The notes beneath the pieces were generated by a model that saw only the letters and a program-made list of their open reading frames with translations, was not told the origin of the DNA and did no database searches. This document shows, one piece after another, positions 10,039-18,836 of a DNA stretch of 64,000 nt. Numbering within the stretch: the first letter of the stretch is position 1; each line of letters starts with the position of its first letter. Source of the DNA: an uncultured Candidatus Saccharibacteria bacterium (lineage in GTDB: Bacteria > Patescibacteriota > Minisyncoccia > Phycocordibacterales > JACOZG01); contig OZ246403.1 in NCBI GenBank assembly GCA_965230925.1, forward strand, positions 330,455 to 394,454, in the 5' to 3' direction. The translations under genes and the position numbers were made by a program.

Positions 10039-10600
10039 AATTTTTTTTAAACAAGGCTTTGGCGCGATGAATCCTCGTTTTAACCGCCGCCAAAGAAATA
10101 CCTTCTATTGCCGCAATTTCCTCTTGTGAACGATCCTCCAGGAAAAACAGTTTAAGTGGTCGGGCCAGAACCTCAGGCATCCTTCGTAAAGTTCTGGTCA
10201 CTAAATCCACCCAACCAATTCGATCTTCCAAATTTACTTGGGAACTGGGCAATTTTTCGACATCCAAAGCCTCGCTCGAGAGCTCATTCGCCTCTCGACG
10301 CTTCAGCTTCTGATAATACGAAAAGGTGGTATTGAGAAGAATTCGGTAGGCCCAAGACTTAAATGATGCCCCGGGTTGAGCTTGGAAATTGCGGCCATGG
10401 AGATAAATCTTCGTGAAGGTCTCTATCACCACGTCCACCACTTCCTCGCGATTACCGAGAATTCCCTTTACCTTACGAAGAAAAGCCGGTTCATAACGGT
10501 CGACGATGATTTTGAACATGGAGGGTGTCTTGTAGCTCAAGACTAAAACCTCTTCATCGGCAAGCGTTGTTTCCGGTTTTTCTTCTAAAAACAATGTCAT
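10016..10600 (-). CDS. RNA polymerase sigma-70 family ECF sigma factor
   Basis: Region 2 (FKSWAYRILLNTTFSYYQ) and region 4 HTH (EEIAAIEGISLAAVKTRIHRAKALF) are recognisable. Confidence 0.8.
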   Translation of the reverse strand: MTLFLEEKPETTLADEEVLVLSYKTPSMFKIIVDRYEPAFLRKVKGILGNREEVVDVVIETFTKIYLHGRNFQAQPGASFKSWAYRILLNTTFSYYQKLKRREANELSSEALDVEKLPSSQVNLEDRIGWVDLVTRTLRRMPEVLARPLKLFFLEDRSQEEIAAIEGISLAAVKTRIHRAKALFKKNYEPVYSA

Positions 10601-10657
10601 TTGGTTTTATAATAGCTCGACCTCCTGCCTATTACAACCGACCAACACCCGCTTGGG

Positions 10658-10686
10658 TTGCACAATTGTCTCTTTTCCCCTAAAAT
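10658..10686 (+). promoter_or_regulatory. sigma70-like promoter of efp (TTGCAC-17 nt-TAAAAT), leaderless-type architecture
   Basis: TTGCAC at 10658-10663, a 17-nt spacer, and TAAAAT at 10681-10686. The first ATG (10685) overlaps the -10; the second ATG (10694) lies where the transcription start is expected. Confidence 0.45.
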
Positions 10687-10693
10687 GGCTCAA

Positions 10694-11254
10694 ATGCTAG
10701 ACTATAATGAAATAAAGCCCCGAAAATTCATCGTTCTTGACGATGAACCGTACGAAGTCTTGGAATACCATGTCTTCCGCAAACAACAGCGCAAGCCCGT
10801 AAATGCCACCAAGTTAAGGAATCTCATTACCGGTTCGGTTCGAGAACACTCTTTCGCCGTGAGCGACAAGGTTGACGAGGCTGAGCTTGAAGAAAAGGAG
10901 GCCACTTATCTCTATAACAATAAAGGTGAATACTGGTTCTGCGACGCTAAAGACAAATCAAAACGCTTCAAACTTGAACCTGAGAAGGTGGCGGAGCAAA
11001 TTGTTTATATCAAGCCAAATACCAATGTTAAGTTACTAACCTTCGAGGAGCGCTTACTAGGAGTCAAAATTCCAATCAAAGTTGAACTTAAAGTAGTGGA
11101 AGCGGCGCCAGCCGTGAAGGGCAACACAGTCCAGGGCGGCTTGAAACAAGTAAAATTAGAGACGGGACTAACGATAAATGTCCCAATGTTTATTAACGAG
11201 GGCGACACTCTTAGAATCAATACGGATAGCGGCGAATACGTTGAGCGAGCCTAA
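10694..11254 (+). CDS. efp: elongation factor P
   Basis: MLDYNEIKPRKFIVLDDEPYEVL...KLRNLITGSV...VPMFINEGDTLRINTDSGEYVERA matches EF-P throughout. Alternative starts are ATG 10685 or TTG 10658 (the ORF-track start). Confidence 0.85.
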   Translation: MLDYNEIKPRKFIVLDDEPYEVLEYHVFRKQQRKPVNATKLRNLITGSVREHSFAVSDKVDEAELEEKEATYLYNNKGEYWFCDAKDKSKRFKLEPEKVAEQIVYIKPNTNVKLLTFEERLLGVKIPIKVELKVVEAAPAVKGNTVQGGLKQVKLETGLTINVPMFINEGDTLRINTDSGEYVERA

Positions 11255-11467
11255 TTATTTAGCGATAAAAGGCATCAAGGCCAAGAAACGAGCGTGCTTA
11301 ATAGCCTCGGTGAGTTTGCGTTGATGAGAACCACACACCCCTGAACGGCGATTGGCGACAATCCGACCATAAGTATCGGTGAAGCGCGTCAGAACCTCCA
11401 CATTCTTGTAATCTGGTTGCTTAATATTATTGGTGCAAAAATGACACTGTTTCATGTTTGAGTTCAT
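11255..11467 (-). CDS. rpsR: 30S ribosomal protein S18
   Basis: CHFCTNNIKQPDYKNVEVLTRF...GVCGSHQRKLTEAIKHARFLALMPF is the S18 signature. Confidence 0.9.
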   Translation of the reverse strand: MNSNMKQCHFCTNNIKQPDYKNVEVLTRFTDTYGRIVANRRSGVCGSHQRKLTEAIKHARFLALMPFIAK

Positions 11468-11470
11468 AAT

Positions 11471-11911
11471 TTAAAATGGAATGTCTTCTGGGTTAACCTC
11501 TTCTTCTGGATAATTAATCGTCCCCACCTCTTCCTTGGCTGGCCGCGTCTCACCACCACCCACTGTACCACTACCACCAGCACCAGCCTTAGGTCCAAAC
11601 TGCACGCGGTCGGCCACAATCTCGGTGCGATACTTCTTGGAACCATCTTGGGAATCCCAGCTCCGAGTCTGAATGCGACCCTCCACCATCGCCGACTGAC
11701 CTTTCTTAAGATATTGGGCTACGGTCTCGGCCTGGCTGCCAAAGACTACAATATTGTGATACTGAGTATCTTCTTGCTTGGCACCGGTCTTATCCTTCCA
11801 CACCGAGTTAGTAGCGAGACTAAAGCTGGTTACCTTGGTCCCAGAAGGCAAACTCTTCGCCTCAGGATCACGCGTAAGGTTCCCAATGATAATCGCCTTG
11901 TTAAGATACAT
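11471..11911 (-). CDS. ssb: single-stranded DNA-binding protein
   Basis: OB-fold N-terminus (AIIIGNLTRDPE...), a Gly-rich linker and the acidic C-terminal tip DIPF. Confidence 0.9.
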   Translation of the reverse strand: MYLNKAIIIGNLTRDPEAKSLPSGTKVTSFSLATNSVWKDKTGAKQEDTQYHNIVVFGSQAETVAQYLKKGQSAMVEGRIQTRSWDSQDGSKKYRTEIVADRVQFGPKAGAGGSGTVGGGETRPAKEEVGTINYPEEEVNPEDIPF

Positions 11912-12422
11912 GAGACTCAGCAGGAGTTAATAAATCAGCGATCTCGCGGTCAATGACAGCATCAATGGCCTTTTTATTCTCATCGGGGTTTACGGTCGCT
12001 ACCACTGGGTCACTAGCGGGCTCAGTAGGCACAGGTGACTCGCCGCTTGCCTCACCGCGCTTGATAAACTGAGCTTCTGGCACTTCTTTATAACTCTTAA
12101 TTACCAAAAAACGAACTATTTCCGCTGTCCCCTGCCAAATCTTCAAAAGAGCTGGAACAACTTCAGAAGCGGCTTCAAACTTGACGGCACCGAAGTGGGC
12201 ATCTTGAAAAACATTCTTTTTATTGTCTAAAACCTTCGCAATGGGATATGCGAGAGCAATCATCTTTGGCATCGTCTCTGACACCACCTCACCACCAGCT
12301 TTAGTGATGGCGGCCTTAATGAGCTGGTCCACGGTCTCCGGAATTTTTTCCTCCGGCAAAAACGGGGTCAGTAGGTAACCAATTTCGTAAATTTGGGCTT
12401 TTGTTTCCACGGCCGAGATCAT
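11901..12422 (-). CDS. rpsF: 30S ribosomal protein S6 with a C-terminal extension
   Basis: YEIGYLLTPFL...ALAYPIAKV...VIKSYKE fits S6, and it sits in the conserved rpsF-ssb-rpsR order. Confidence 0.7.
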   Translation of the reverse strand: MISAVETKAQIYEIGYLLTPFLPEEKIPETVDQLIKAAITKAGGEVVSETMPKMIALAYPIAKVLDNKKNVFQDAHFGAVKFEAASEVVPALLKIWQGTAEIVRFLVIKSYKEVPEAQFIKRGEASGESPVPTEPASDPVVATVNPDENKKAIDAVIDREIADLLTPAESHVS

Positions 12423-13183
12423 ACCAAATCGAGCCCAAAACGCAAGCGGGCAGTGGCCGTGGTGACCCGAGCCACCTCCTCAAGCGATATACCCTTGAGC
12501 GAAGCTACTCGCTTCGCCACCTCGACAACATAACTCGGTTCATTGCGCTTGCCACGGTAGACCGCTGGGGCCACGAAGGGGCAATCAGTCTCAATCATCA
12601 ACGACTCAAGTGGCATTTGCTTAATCACCTCGTCATAATTACTCGCAAACGTAATCGCGCCCGTAAACGAGAGGGTGAAGCCTAGATCAAAAAACTTTTT
12701 CGCCGTGGCCCAATCACCAGCAAAAAAATGCACATTACCCGTCACCCCTGGGAAGTTCTTCAACACAGCAAGCAAATCATCGTAGGCGTCTCGACAATGA
12801 ATCATCAACAGCTTCCCCACCTTTTGCGCCAAATCAATCTGTTGTTCAAAAAGTTTAGCTTGTTTCTTCCTTTCCGCCAGGTCTTTGACATGAAAATAAT
12901 CGAGGCCGCACTCGCCGATTGCCACAACTTGTTTATGCTTCGCCAATTCTTCGAGTTCTGGTAAAAAATCCCCCGTTGGTAAATCAGTGGGATGAATCCC
13001 CACCGTGGCCCACATCTCATTGGGATACTTTTCCACCAGTGCCACCACCTCCCGCGAGGTAGCCAAGTCCGTCCCCACATTAATCATTTTCACCCCAGCC
13101 TCCTTGGCACGCTTAACTACCTCCTCCCGATCCCCCTCAAACTGCGGGAAATTAATATGGGCGTGAATGTCGATTAGGTTCAT
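12419..13183 (-). CDS. tatD: TatD-family metal-dependent hydrolase/DNase
   Basis: MNLIDIHAHINFPQFEGDREEVV...GIHP...GECGLDYF...ETDCPFVAP are the TatD motifs. Confidence 0.85.
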   Translation of the reverse strand: MNLIDIHAHINFPQFEGDREEVVKRAKEAGVKMINVGTDLATSREVVALVEKYPNEMWATVGIHPTDLPTGDFLPELEELAKHKQVVAIGECGLDYFHVKDLAERKKQAKLFEQQIDLAQKVGKLLMIHCRDAYDDLLAVLKNFPGVTGNVHFFAGDWATAKKFFDLGFTLSFTGAITFASNYDEVIKQMPLESLMIETDCPFVAPAVYRGKRNEPSYVVEVAKRVASLKGISLEEVARVTTATARLRFGLDLV

Positions 13184-13186
13184 AAA

Positions 13187-13606
13187 CTAATCAATCAACC
13201 CCTTCTCTAGAAGAAACGGGATTACTTTCTTAAAAATCACTGAGCCCACTTCGGCTTCTGGCGGATGAGAATCAATCCAGCGTAAATCACCAATCTCGCT
13301 ACTGGCCACTGGTTCCCCTTCCCAATTCTTCACTAAGAACACATCCATTTTCAAAAGCAGGCTAGGATTCATCGAAGCCGGTTCTTCGAAGGAATCAACA
13401 AGCGTGGCATCTTCTGACTTCACAATCACATTCAATTCTTCCTGTAACTCTCGGCACAAGGCTTGAACCGGAGTTTCACCCGCTTCAATCTTCCCACCCG
13501 GCATCATAAAAATCGGATGCTTTTTCGACTTCGCAACTAAAAACTTCCTATCTTTAAGCAAAACCCCTCCCGCTTTATAAATATCAGGTTTACGTTGTTC
13601 CATCAC
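13187..13606 (-). CDS. NUDIX hydrolase
   Basis: Nudix box GGKIEAGETPVQALCRELQEELN. Confidence 0.8.
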   Translation of the reverse strand: MMEQRKPDIYKAGGVLLKDRKFLVAKSKKHPIFMMPGGKIEAGETPVQALCRELQEELNVIVKSEDATLVDSFEEPASMNPSLLLKMDVFLVKNWEGEPVASSEIGDLRWIDSHPPEAEVGSVIFKKVIPFLLEKGLID

Positions 13607-13812
13607 CCCAGTGTCGCAAGTTTTTGTGTAAAAGAAAAGGCCTCGTGATATTTCACGAAACCCGGTCCGAGGGTGGGGAAATCACCATGCAAGTGACGCC
13701 TGATTGCGGTTACACTCTCACATTTAAGGAAAGAAGCCCCGCGACGTCCGATGATATCCCACCCCCGAACTCAAAACAATAATACACAAAACTAAAGATA
13801 AGGCAATTCTAA

Positions 13813-15240
13813 CTACTTCCTCCCAAATAACGGCTCAATTGCTTTACCGACTTTGAGGGCAGCGGTAATTTTTTCGCTCGTCTCGGGTAAAATTGGTTGA
13901 AGAAGAAAAGCGATGTGAGAAAGTTCACTGACGAGATAAGTGATTTCGGTTTTGGCTTTCTCGGGATCGGATTTAATTAATTTATACGGTTCATTGACTT
14001 GAATGCGCCTATCTAGCTCACCAACTTTCTGCCAAATGAAGTCGGCGGCTTTATTAAATTCGTAGCGATCAAGCGCTTGGGAAAATTCGGTGGGAAATTC
14101 TTTGGCCGTAACAACCGGAGCAGAAATACCGCCGATTTCAGCCATTTTTAAGATCCGTGAGACAAGATTCCCCAATCCATTAGCCAAATTGGCATTATAC
14201 GCCTCGCGGAAAAGGTCGGGAGTAACATCAGAATCCTCAAACGGGTTAATATGACGTGCGAGGAAGTAGCGGACAGCATCGGTGCCGTATTCACTGACGA
14301 GATCGAAAGGATTAATGACGTTTCCTATTGATTTACTCATCTTCTGACCGCCAGAATTAATAAAGCCGTGATAGATTACCCGATCTGTTGACTTTAACTT
14401 GGCCGACATGAGCATCGCTTGCCACATAATGGATTGGAAGCGCACTTGATCTTTGCCCGCCACTTGAACCGGGTAACCACTGTTCCAAAATTTCTCAAAG
14501 TTACCTGACTCGTCGAGCCAATTTAAAGTAGAAATATAACTAGTGAGCGCGTCGAACCACACATACATCACCTGACTCTCATCGCCCGGCACCGGCACAC
14601 CCCAACTCATCCGCGCCTTCTCGCGCGAGATACTGAAGTCATCGAGACCGTTTTTTACAAAGTTAATCGCTTCTTGTCGCCGCCAATCGGGAAGAATTAC
14701 CCCTTCGCGGCTAAGATACTCCTCCAACTTTTTTTGGTAATTACTTAATTTGAAAAAATAATTCTCTTCTTCAATGACCACCGGCTCCACAGTAAGATGG
14801 TTTGGGCACTTGCCGTTCACCAAATCAGCTTCTTTCAAAAACATCTCATCGTTCACACAATAAAGACCTTTATACTTCTTTTTATAAATATCTCCCGCCT
14901 GATCGCATCGCCGCCAGAATTCTTGGGCCGCGACAATATGGTGCGGGTCGGTGGTACGAATGAAATGAAGTTCTGGATAGAGATTTAGTTTCTCTTTTAA
15001 ATTCCGAAACTTGGCCGCGTATTCGTCGACATAAGCCTGAACTTCTTTCTTCTCTTCCTGCGCTTTACGATAAATTTTTATCCCATGCTCATCCGTGCCG
15101 GTATTAAAAAACACCTCATCGCCCTTGAGCGCATGATACCGCGCCATAATGTCTGCCTGCACCATTTCTAAAGCGAAGCCGAGATGCGGATCGGCGTTCA
15201 CATACGGCAAAGTGGTGGTGAGGTAAAAAGGTTTAGACAT
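13813..15240 (-). CDS. metG: methionyl-tRNA synthetase (short form without the C-terminal dimerisation/tRNA-binding domain)
   Basis: Class I motifs PHLGF (HIGH-type) and KMSKS (QKMSKSIGN), with a Zn-knuckle insertion. Confidence 0.9.
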   Translation of the reverse strand: MSKPFYLTTTLPYVNADPHLGFALEMVQADIMARYHALKGDEVFFNTGTDEHGIKIYRKAQEEKKEVQAYVDEYAAKFRNLKEKLNLYPELHFIRTTDPHHIVAAQEFWRRCDQAGDIYKKKYKGLYCVNDEMFLKEADLVNGKCPNHLTVEPVVIEEENYFFKLSNYQKKLEEYLSREGVILPDWRRQEAINFVKNGLDDFSISREKARMSWGVPVPGDESQVMYVWFDALTSYISTLNWLDESGNFEKFWNSGYPVQVAGKDQVRFQSIMWQAMLMSAKLKSTDRVIYHGFINSGGQKMSKSIGNVINPFDLVSEYGTDAVRYFLARHINPFEDSDVTPDLFREAYNANLANGLGNLVSRILKMAEIGGISAPVVTAKEFPTEFSQALDRYEFNKAADFIWQKVGELDRRIQVNEPYKLIKSDPEKAKTEITYLVSELSHIAFLLQPILPETSEKITAALKVGKAIEPLFGRK

Positions 15241-16283
15241 TAGCCTTCGATCTCGGTCAGACTTTTCCGTCGCGACTCAATATCATTTACGAGTTCCATA
15301 AGAACAGTGGCCGCCGGCACCGCCAAAATTATTCCAATGAAACCAACAAGCTTGGCTCCGGCAAGAAGCGAGAGAATGACCACCAGTGATGGCACGCCCA
15401 CAATTTTCCGGACTACCATCGGGTAGAGCAAGTGATTCTCAAGTTGTTGAATAACCACATAGAGAAGTAGCGCCAAGACTCCAGTTGTTGGGCCGCTGGC
15501 AAAAGCAAGAAGAACACCGGGCACAGCCGAGAGAATTGGCCCAATAACGGGAATGAGCTCGAAAACAGCCGCAAGAATTGCCAGCACCAGCGCATACTCA
15601 ACTCCAAGAAGCCAAAGTCCAAGATAAACAAACAGTCCCACAATCAATCCAAGCAAGAGCTGACCCTGCATCCAGAAACCAATTTTGCGCTGGGAACGCC
15701 GCCAGAGATCAAGAATATATTTCTCATAACGCAAGGGTGCGACCAGACGAATAAAGTTCTCTACTCCATCTTGTTGCACCGCAAGATAAAAGGAAATGAC
15801 GATCACAATAAGCAAACTAGTAACACTGCCAAAAATGGTTATTACCACATTGCCACTGTGGACAAGACTCCCGATAAAAGAGAAAAAGGCTTGTTGCAAA
15901 GTCAGAATAAATTCCTGCGGACTGAGATTGCCTAAAATGATGGCGAAGTAGTCGCGCGCGGTGGTAAACCACGGCAAGGCCGCGAGCTTGGCCGGCAAAG
16001 TAACAGAAGCCCGAACTAGGTCCTCGAAAACTTGAAAAAGAAATAGCGGGAAAAGACTTAAGAAAGCGGCAATGGTTCCGAGATAAACCATAATCACCGC
16101 CGCGACTCGAGGAATACGCGCGCGCCCAAGGAAGCGCGTAATCGGCTCCGTCGCGGCGGCAATCACCACCGCTACCAAGACCAAGAGAACTAGGTCTCGC
16201 AAATAGTAGAGAGCCGCCAAGACCAGAAAAGAGAATACCAGCCGCCAAATCGTGCCGGTAGTAATTTGGAGTTGCGTCGTCAC
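15240..16283 (-). CDS. AI-2E family transporter (PerM/UPF0118)
   Basis: Eight TM helices and the characteristic C-terminal GIILAVPAATVL segment. Confidence 0.7.
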   Translation of the reverse strand: MTTQLQITTGTIWRLVFSFLVLAALYYLRDLVLLVLVAVVIAAATEPITRFLGRARIPRVAAVIMVYLGTIAAFLSLFPLFLFQVFEDLVRASVTLPAKLAALPWFTTARDYFAIILGNLSPQEFILTLQQAFFSFIGSLVHSGNVVITIFGSVTSLLIVIVISFYLAVQQDGVENFIRLVAPLRYEKYILDLWRRSQRKIGFWMQGQLLLGLIVGLFVYLGLWLLGVEYALVLAILAAVFELIPVIGPILSAVPGVLLAFASGPTTGVLALLLYVVIQQLENHLLYPMVVRKIVGVPSLVVILSLLAGAKLVGFIGIILAVPAATVLMELVNDIESRRKSLTEIEG

Positions 16284-16295
16284 CCTTTTACAATA

Positions 16296-17576
16296 CTAAA
16301 AATGGAGGATTTTGCCAAACTTCTCGGTGGCTTCCCCTTCGCTCGTTGGCCCCACCACGGCAAGATTAAGTTTAGCGTTTTGGAAAATTTCTTCGGCGAT
16401 TCGCCGGAGATCTTGGGCGTTTACGGCTTCAATCTTGGCTGCAAGGGCTGGCGCCGTCTCAAATTTATGCTTGAGTAGTTCTTGCAAACCACTGAAAGTG
16501 GCTTGAGAACTAGAAGTCTCAAGGCCCAAGTAAAGGTGGCCAATCATTGAGTCCTTCACCCGACGGAGCTCGGCTTCAGGCACGGTCTCGGTGGTCAACT
16601 TTTTGCATTCTTCAATCATGGCCACAACAGCCGGCTCAAGAAGGGTGTTGTTGACTCCTGCCGAAATCGCAAGATACCCGTGATCGGTGTATGAATCTTG
16701 ACTCGCCCGCACATAGTAAGCGGCTCCCATTTCCTCGCGAATGCGAACAAACAAACGAGAACTCATTCCCCCACCCAGAAGAGTAGCAAGGACTTCGAGC
16801 GTCATTTCATCCGCGCTCATTATCCCCGCCGAACGCACCCCGAGCACCACATGACTTTGGTCAGACTTTTTTGTTTTTACCCTGAAGGCTGGGTCACTTT
16901 GGTTTTCTCTCACGCCCAGTTTGTCGGCCTTCTCTCCTTTAGACATCGTGGCAAATAAATTATTTACACTCGCCAGGGCTTGATCAGGAGCAAAACGCCC
17001 CGACACTACCACGAGCGTGGCTTGAGGCAAGTAGTGAGCCGCGCGATATTTCAAAAGATCCGTTTGGGAAAAACTTCGCACCGTTTCTTTGGTCCCCGCA
17101 ATACCCCAGCCCGCGGGTTGATCGCCATAAAGTAGCTCCATAAAAAGATCGTGCACCTGGTGATGTGGCATGTCTTCATACATATTTATTTCCTCAATGA
17201 TCACACCTTTCTCACGTTCAATCTCTGGCTCAGGCAAGGTAGAGTGAAGATAAATATCGGCCACCAAATCAAGAGCTCGAGCGAAGTGTGGCGGCGCCAC
17301 CGTGGCATAATAACCAGTATATTCTTGAGCCGTAAAAGCATTGTACGCTGCTCCAAGTGAATCAAGCTCGGACGACAAATCAATTGGCTTCTTCCTTTGA
17401 TCGGTACCCTTAAAACACATGTGTTCGAGAAAGTGAGAGATGCCGGCAATGGGTGCGGTCTCATACTTAGAACCCGCGGCCACCAGCACCAAGGTGGTCA
17501 CACTCAACGCCTCCGGTTGCGGAATCGTAATCAATCGCAACCCGTTTGCCAAAACATGCTTCTCCGGGGTCATCAA
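16296..17576 (-). CDS. M16-family zinc peptidase (insulinase-like)
   Basis: Inverted zinc-binding motif HFLEHM...E. Confidence 0.8.
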   Translation of the reverse strand: MMTPEKHVLANGLRLITIPQPEALSVTTLVLVAAGSKYETAPIAGISHFLEHMCFKGTDQRKKPIDLSSELDSLGAAYNAFTAQEYTGYYATVAPPHFARALDLVADIYLHSTLPEPEIEREKGVIIEEINMYEDMPHHQVHDLFMELLYGDQPAGWGIAGTKETVRSFSQTDLLKYRAAHYLPQATLVVVSGRFAPDQALASVNNLFATMSKGEKADKLGVRENQSDPAFRVKTKKSDQSHVVLGVRSAGIMSADEMTLEVLATLLGGGMSSRLFVRIREEMGAAYYVRASQDSYTDHGYLAISAGVNNTLLEPAVVAMIEECKKLTTETVPEAELRRVKDSMIGHLYLGLETSSSQATFSGLQELLKHKFETAPALAAKIEAVNAQDLRRIAEEIFQNAKLNLAVVGPTSEGEATEKFGKILHF

Positions 17577-17582
17577 TTATTT

Positions 17583-18827
17583 TTACTTTACTGAAACTCG
17601 GTTAAGAATCTCGCTCACCGCAATTCTTTCCTGCTCGCCCGTATCCCGATCGCGGATAGTAACAGTATTGTCTTCAAGAGTCTGGAAGTCGATGGTGACG
17701 CAATACGGCGTGCCGATCTCGTCTTGGCGGCGGTAGCGCTTACCGATATTGCCATTATCGTCAAACATAATTTCGGGAATTTGCTGTTTTAAATTTTGAT
17801 ACACCTCGCGCGCTTTGGCGACCAAATCGGGTTTGTTTTTCAAAAGAGGAAAGATCGCGGCTTTAATGGGAGCCACAGCTGAATTTAGCTTGAGATATGT
17901 TCTCGGTTCACCACCGAGCTCGTCTTCGGTATAAGCATCAGACAGAATGGCTAAAACTGTCCGATCAACTCCAAAAGACGGTTCGATGACGTGGGGAATT
18001 AACTTAGTTTTGGTTTCTTCGTCTTGATAATCCAGCTTGTGGGCCAAGAGATCGTAGTCGGTACGATAAGCCAAGCCATAAAGTTCTTTGCGACCAAAAG
18101 GAAAATCGAATTCGAAGTCGATCGTGCGTTTAGAGTAATGAGCTCGATCCTCATCAGAAACTTCTAACTCATGCACATGGTCAGGCTGGAGACCGATGTC
18201 CTTCATCCACTCGTGCATCTCCCGACGAAATTCTTCGAAGGATTTCTCCCAATCTTCTGGACGAACAAAATACTCTATTTCCATTTGCTCCAGCTCGCGC
18301 AAGCGGAAAATGAAGTCGCGCGGCGCAATTTCATTACGAAAAGCCTTCCCAATTTGAGCTAAACCAAAAGGTAGTTTGGGGTGGAAAGAATCAACAATGT
18401 TTTTAAAATTAACAAACATCCCCTGTGCTGTTTCTGGACGGAGATAAGCAAGACCAGTATCAAACATCATATTAAACTGGCGACTCGCGCCGAGCTTCCC
18501 ACCACAATCTGGACAAGCGCCAGACTCATGATCAGCGCGAAATTGGTGGTGACATTTCTCACACTCCACCAGCGGATCAGCAAAGCCAGCCACATGACCG
18601 CTTGCTTCCCACACCTTTTTATTCATAAGAATAGCCGCATCTACCCCGTACATATCTTCGCGGCTGTTTACAAATCGCTTCCACCATAAATTCTTCACAT
18701 TGTTTTTCAGCGCGAGACCATGCGGACCCCAGTCGAAGGTCCCCGCGAGACCACCATAAATCTCAGAGCCGGGATAAATAAATCCGCGACGTTTAGCAAA
18801 ACTGGTTAATTGATCGAGGGTAGGCAT
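17583..18827 (-). CDS. glyQS: glycyl-tRNA synthetase, alpha2 (GlyQS) type
   Basis: N-terminus MPTLDQLTSFAKRRGFIYPGSEIYGGLAGTFDWGPHG and class II motifs. Confidence 0.9.
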   Translation of the reverse strand: MPTLDQLTSFAKRRGFIYPGSEIYGGLAGTFDWGPHGLALKNNVKNLWWKRFVNSREDMYGVDAAILMNKKVWEASGHVAGFADPLVECEKCHHQFRADHESGACPDCGGKLGASRQFNMMFDTGLAYLRPETAQGMFVNFKNIVDSFHPKLPFGLAQIGKAFRNEIAPRDFIFRLRELEQMEIEYFVRPEDWEKSFEEFRREMHEWMKDIGLQPDHVHELEVSDEDRAHYSKRTIDFEFDFPFGRKELYGLAYRTDYDLLAHKLDYQDEETKTKLIPHVIEPSFGVDRTVLAILSDAYTEDELGGEPRTYLKLNSAVAPIKAAIFPLLKNKPDLVAKAREVYQNLKQQIPEIMFDDNGNIGKRYRRQDEIGTPYCVTIDFQTLEDNTVTIRDRDTGEQERIAVSEILNRVSVK

Positions 18828-18836
18828 TTTTTTGAA

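Noticed and set aside
13640-13790. Possible SRP (4.5S) RNA
   Set aside because: Only a loose AAGGAAAGAAGCC resemblance. No GNRA tetraloop could be placed at the centre of a long helix on either strand.
16266-16506. Small plus-strand ORFs at the perM/M16 junction
   Set aside because: They lie inside or overlap strongly supported minus-strand genes.
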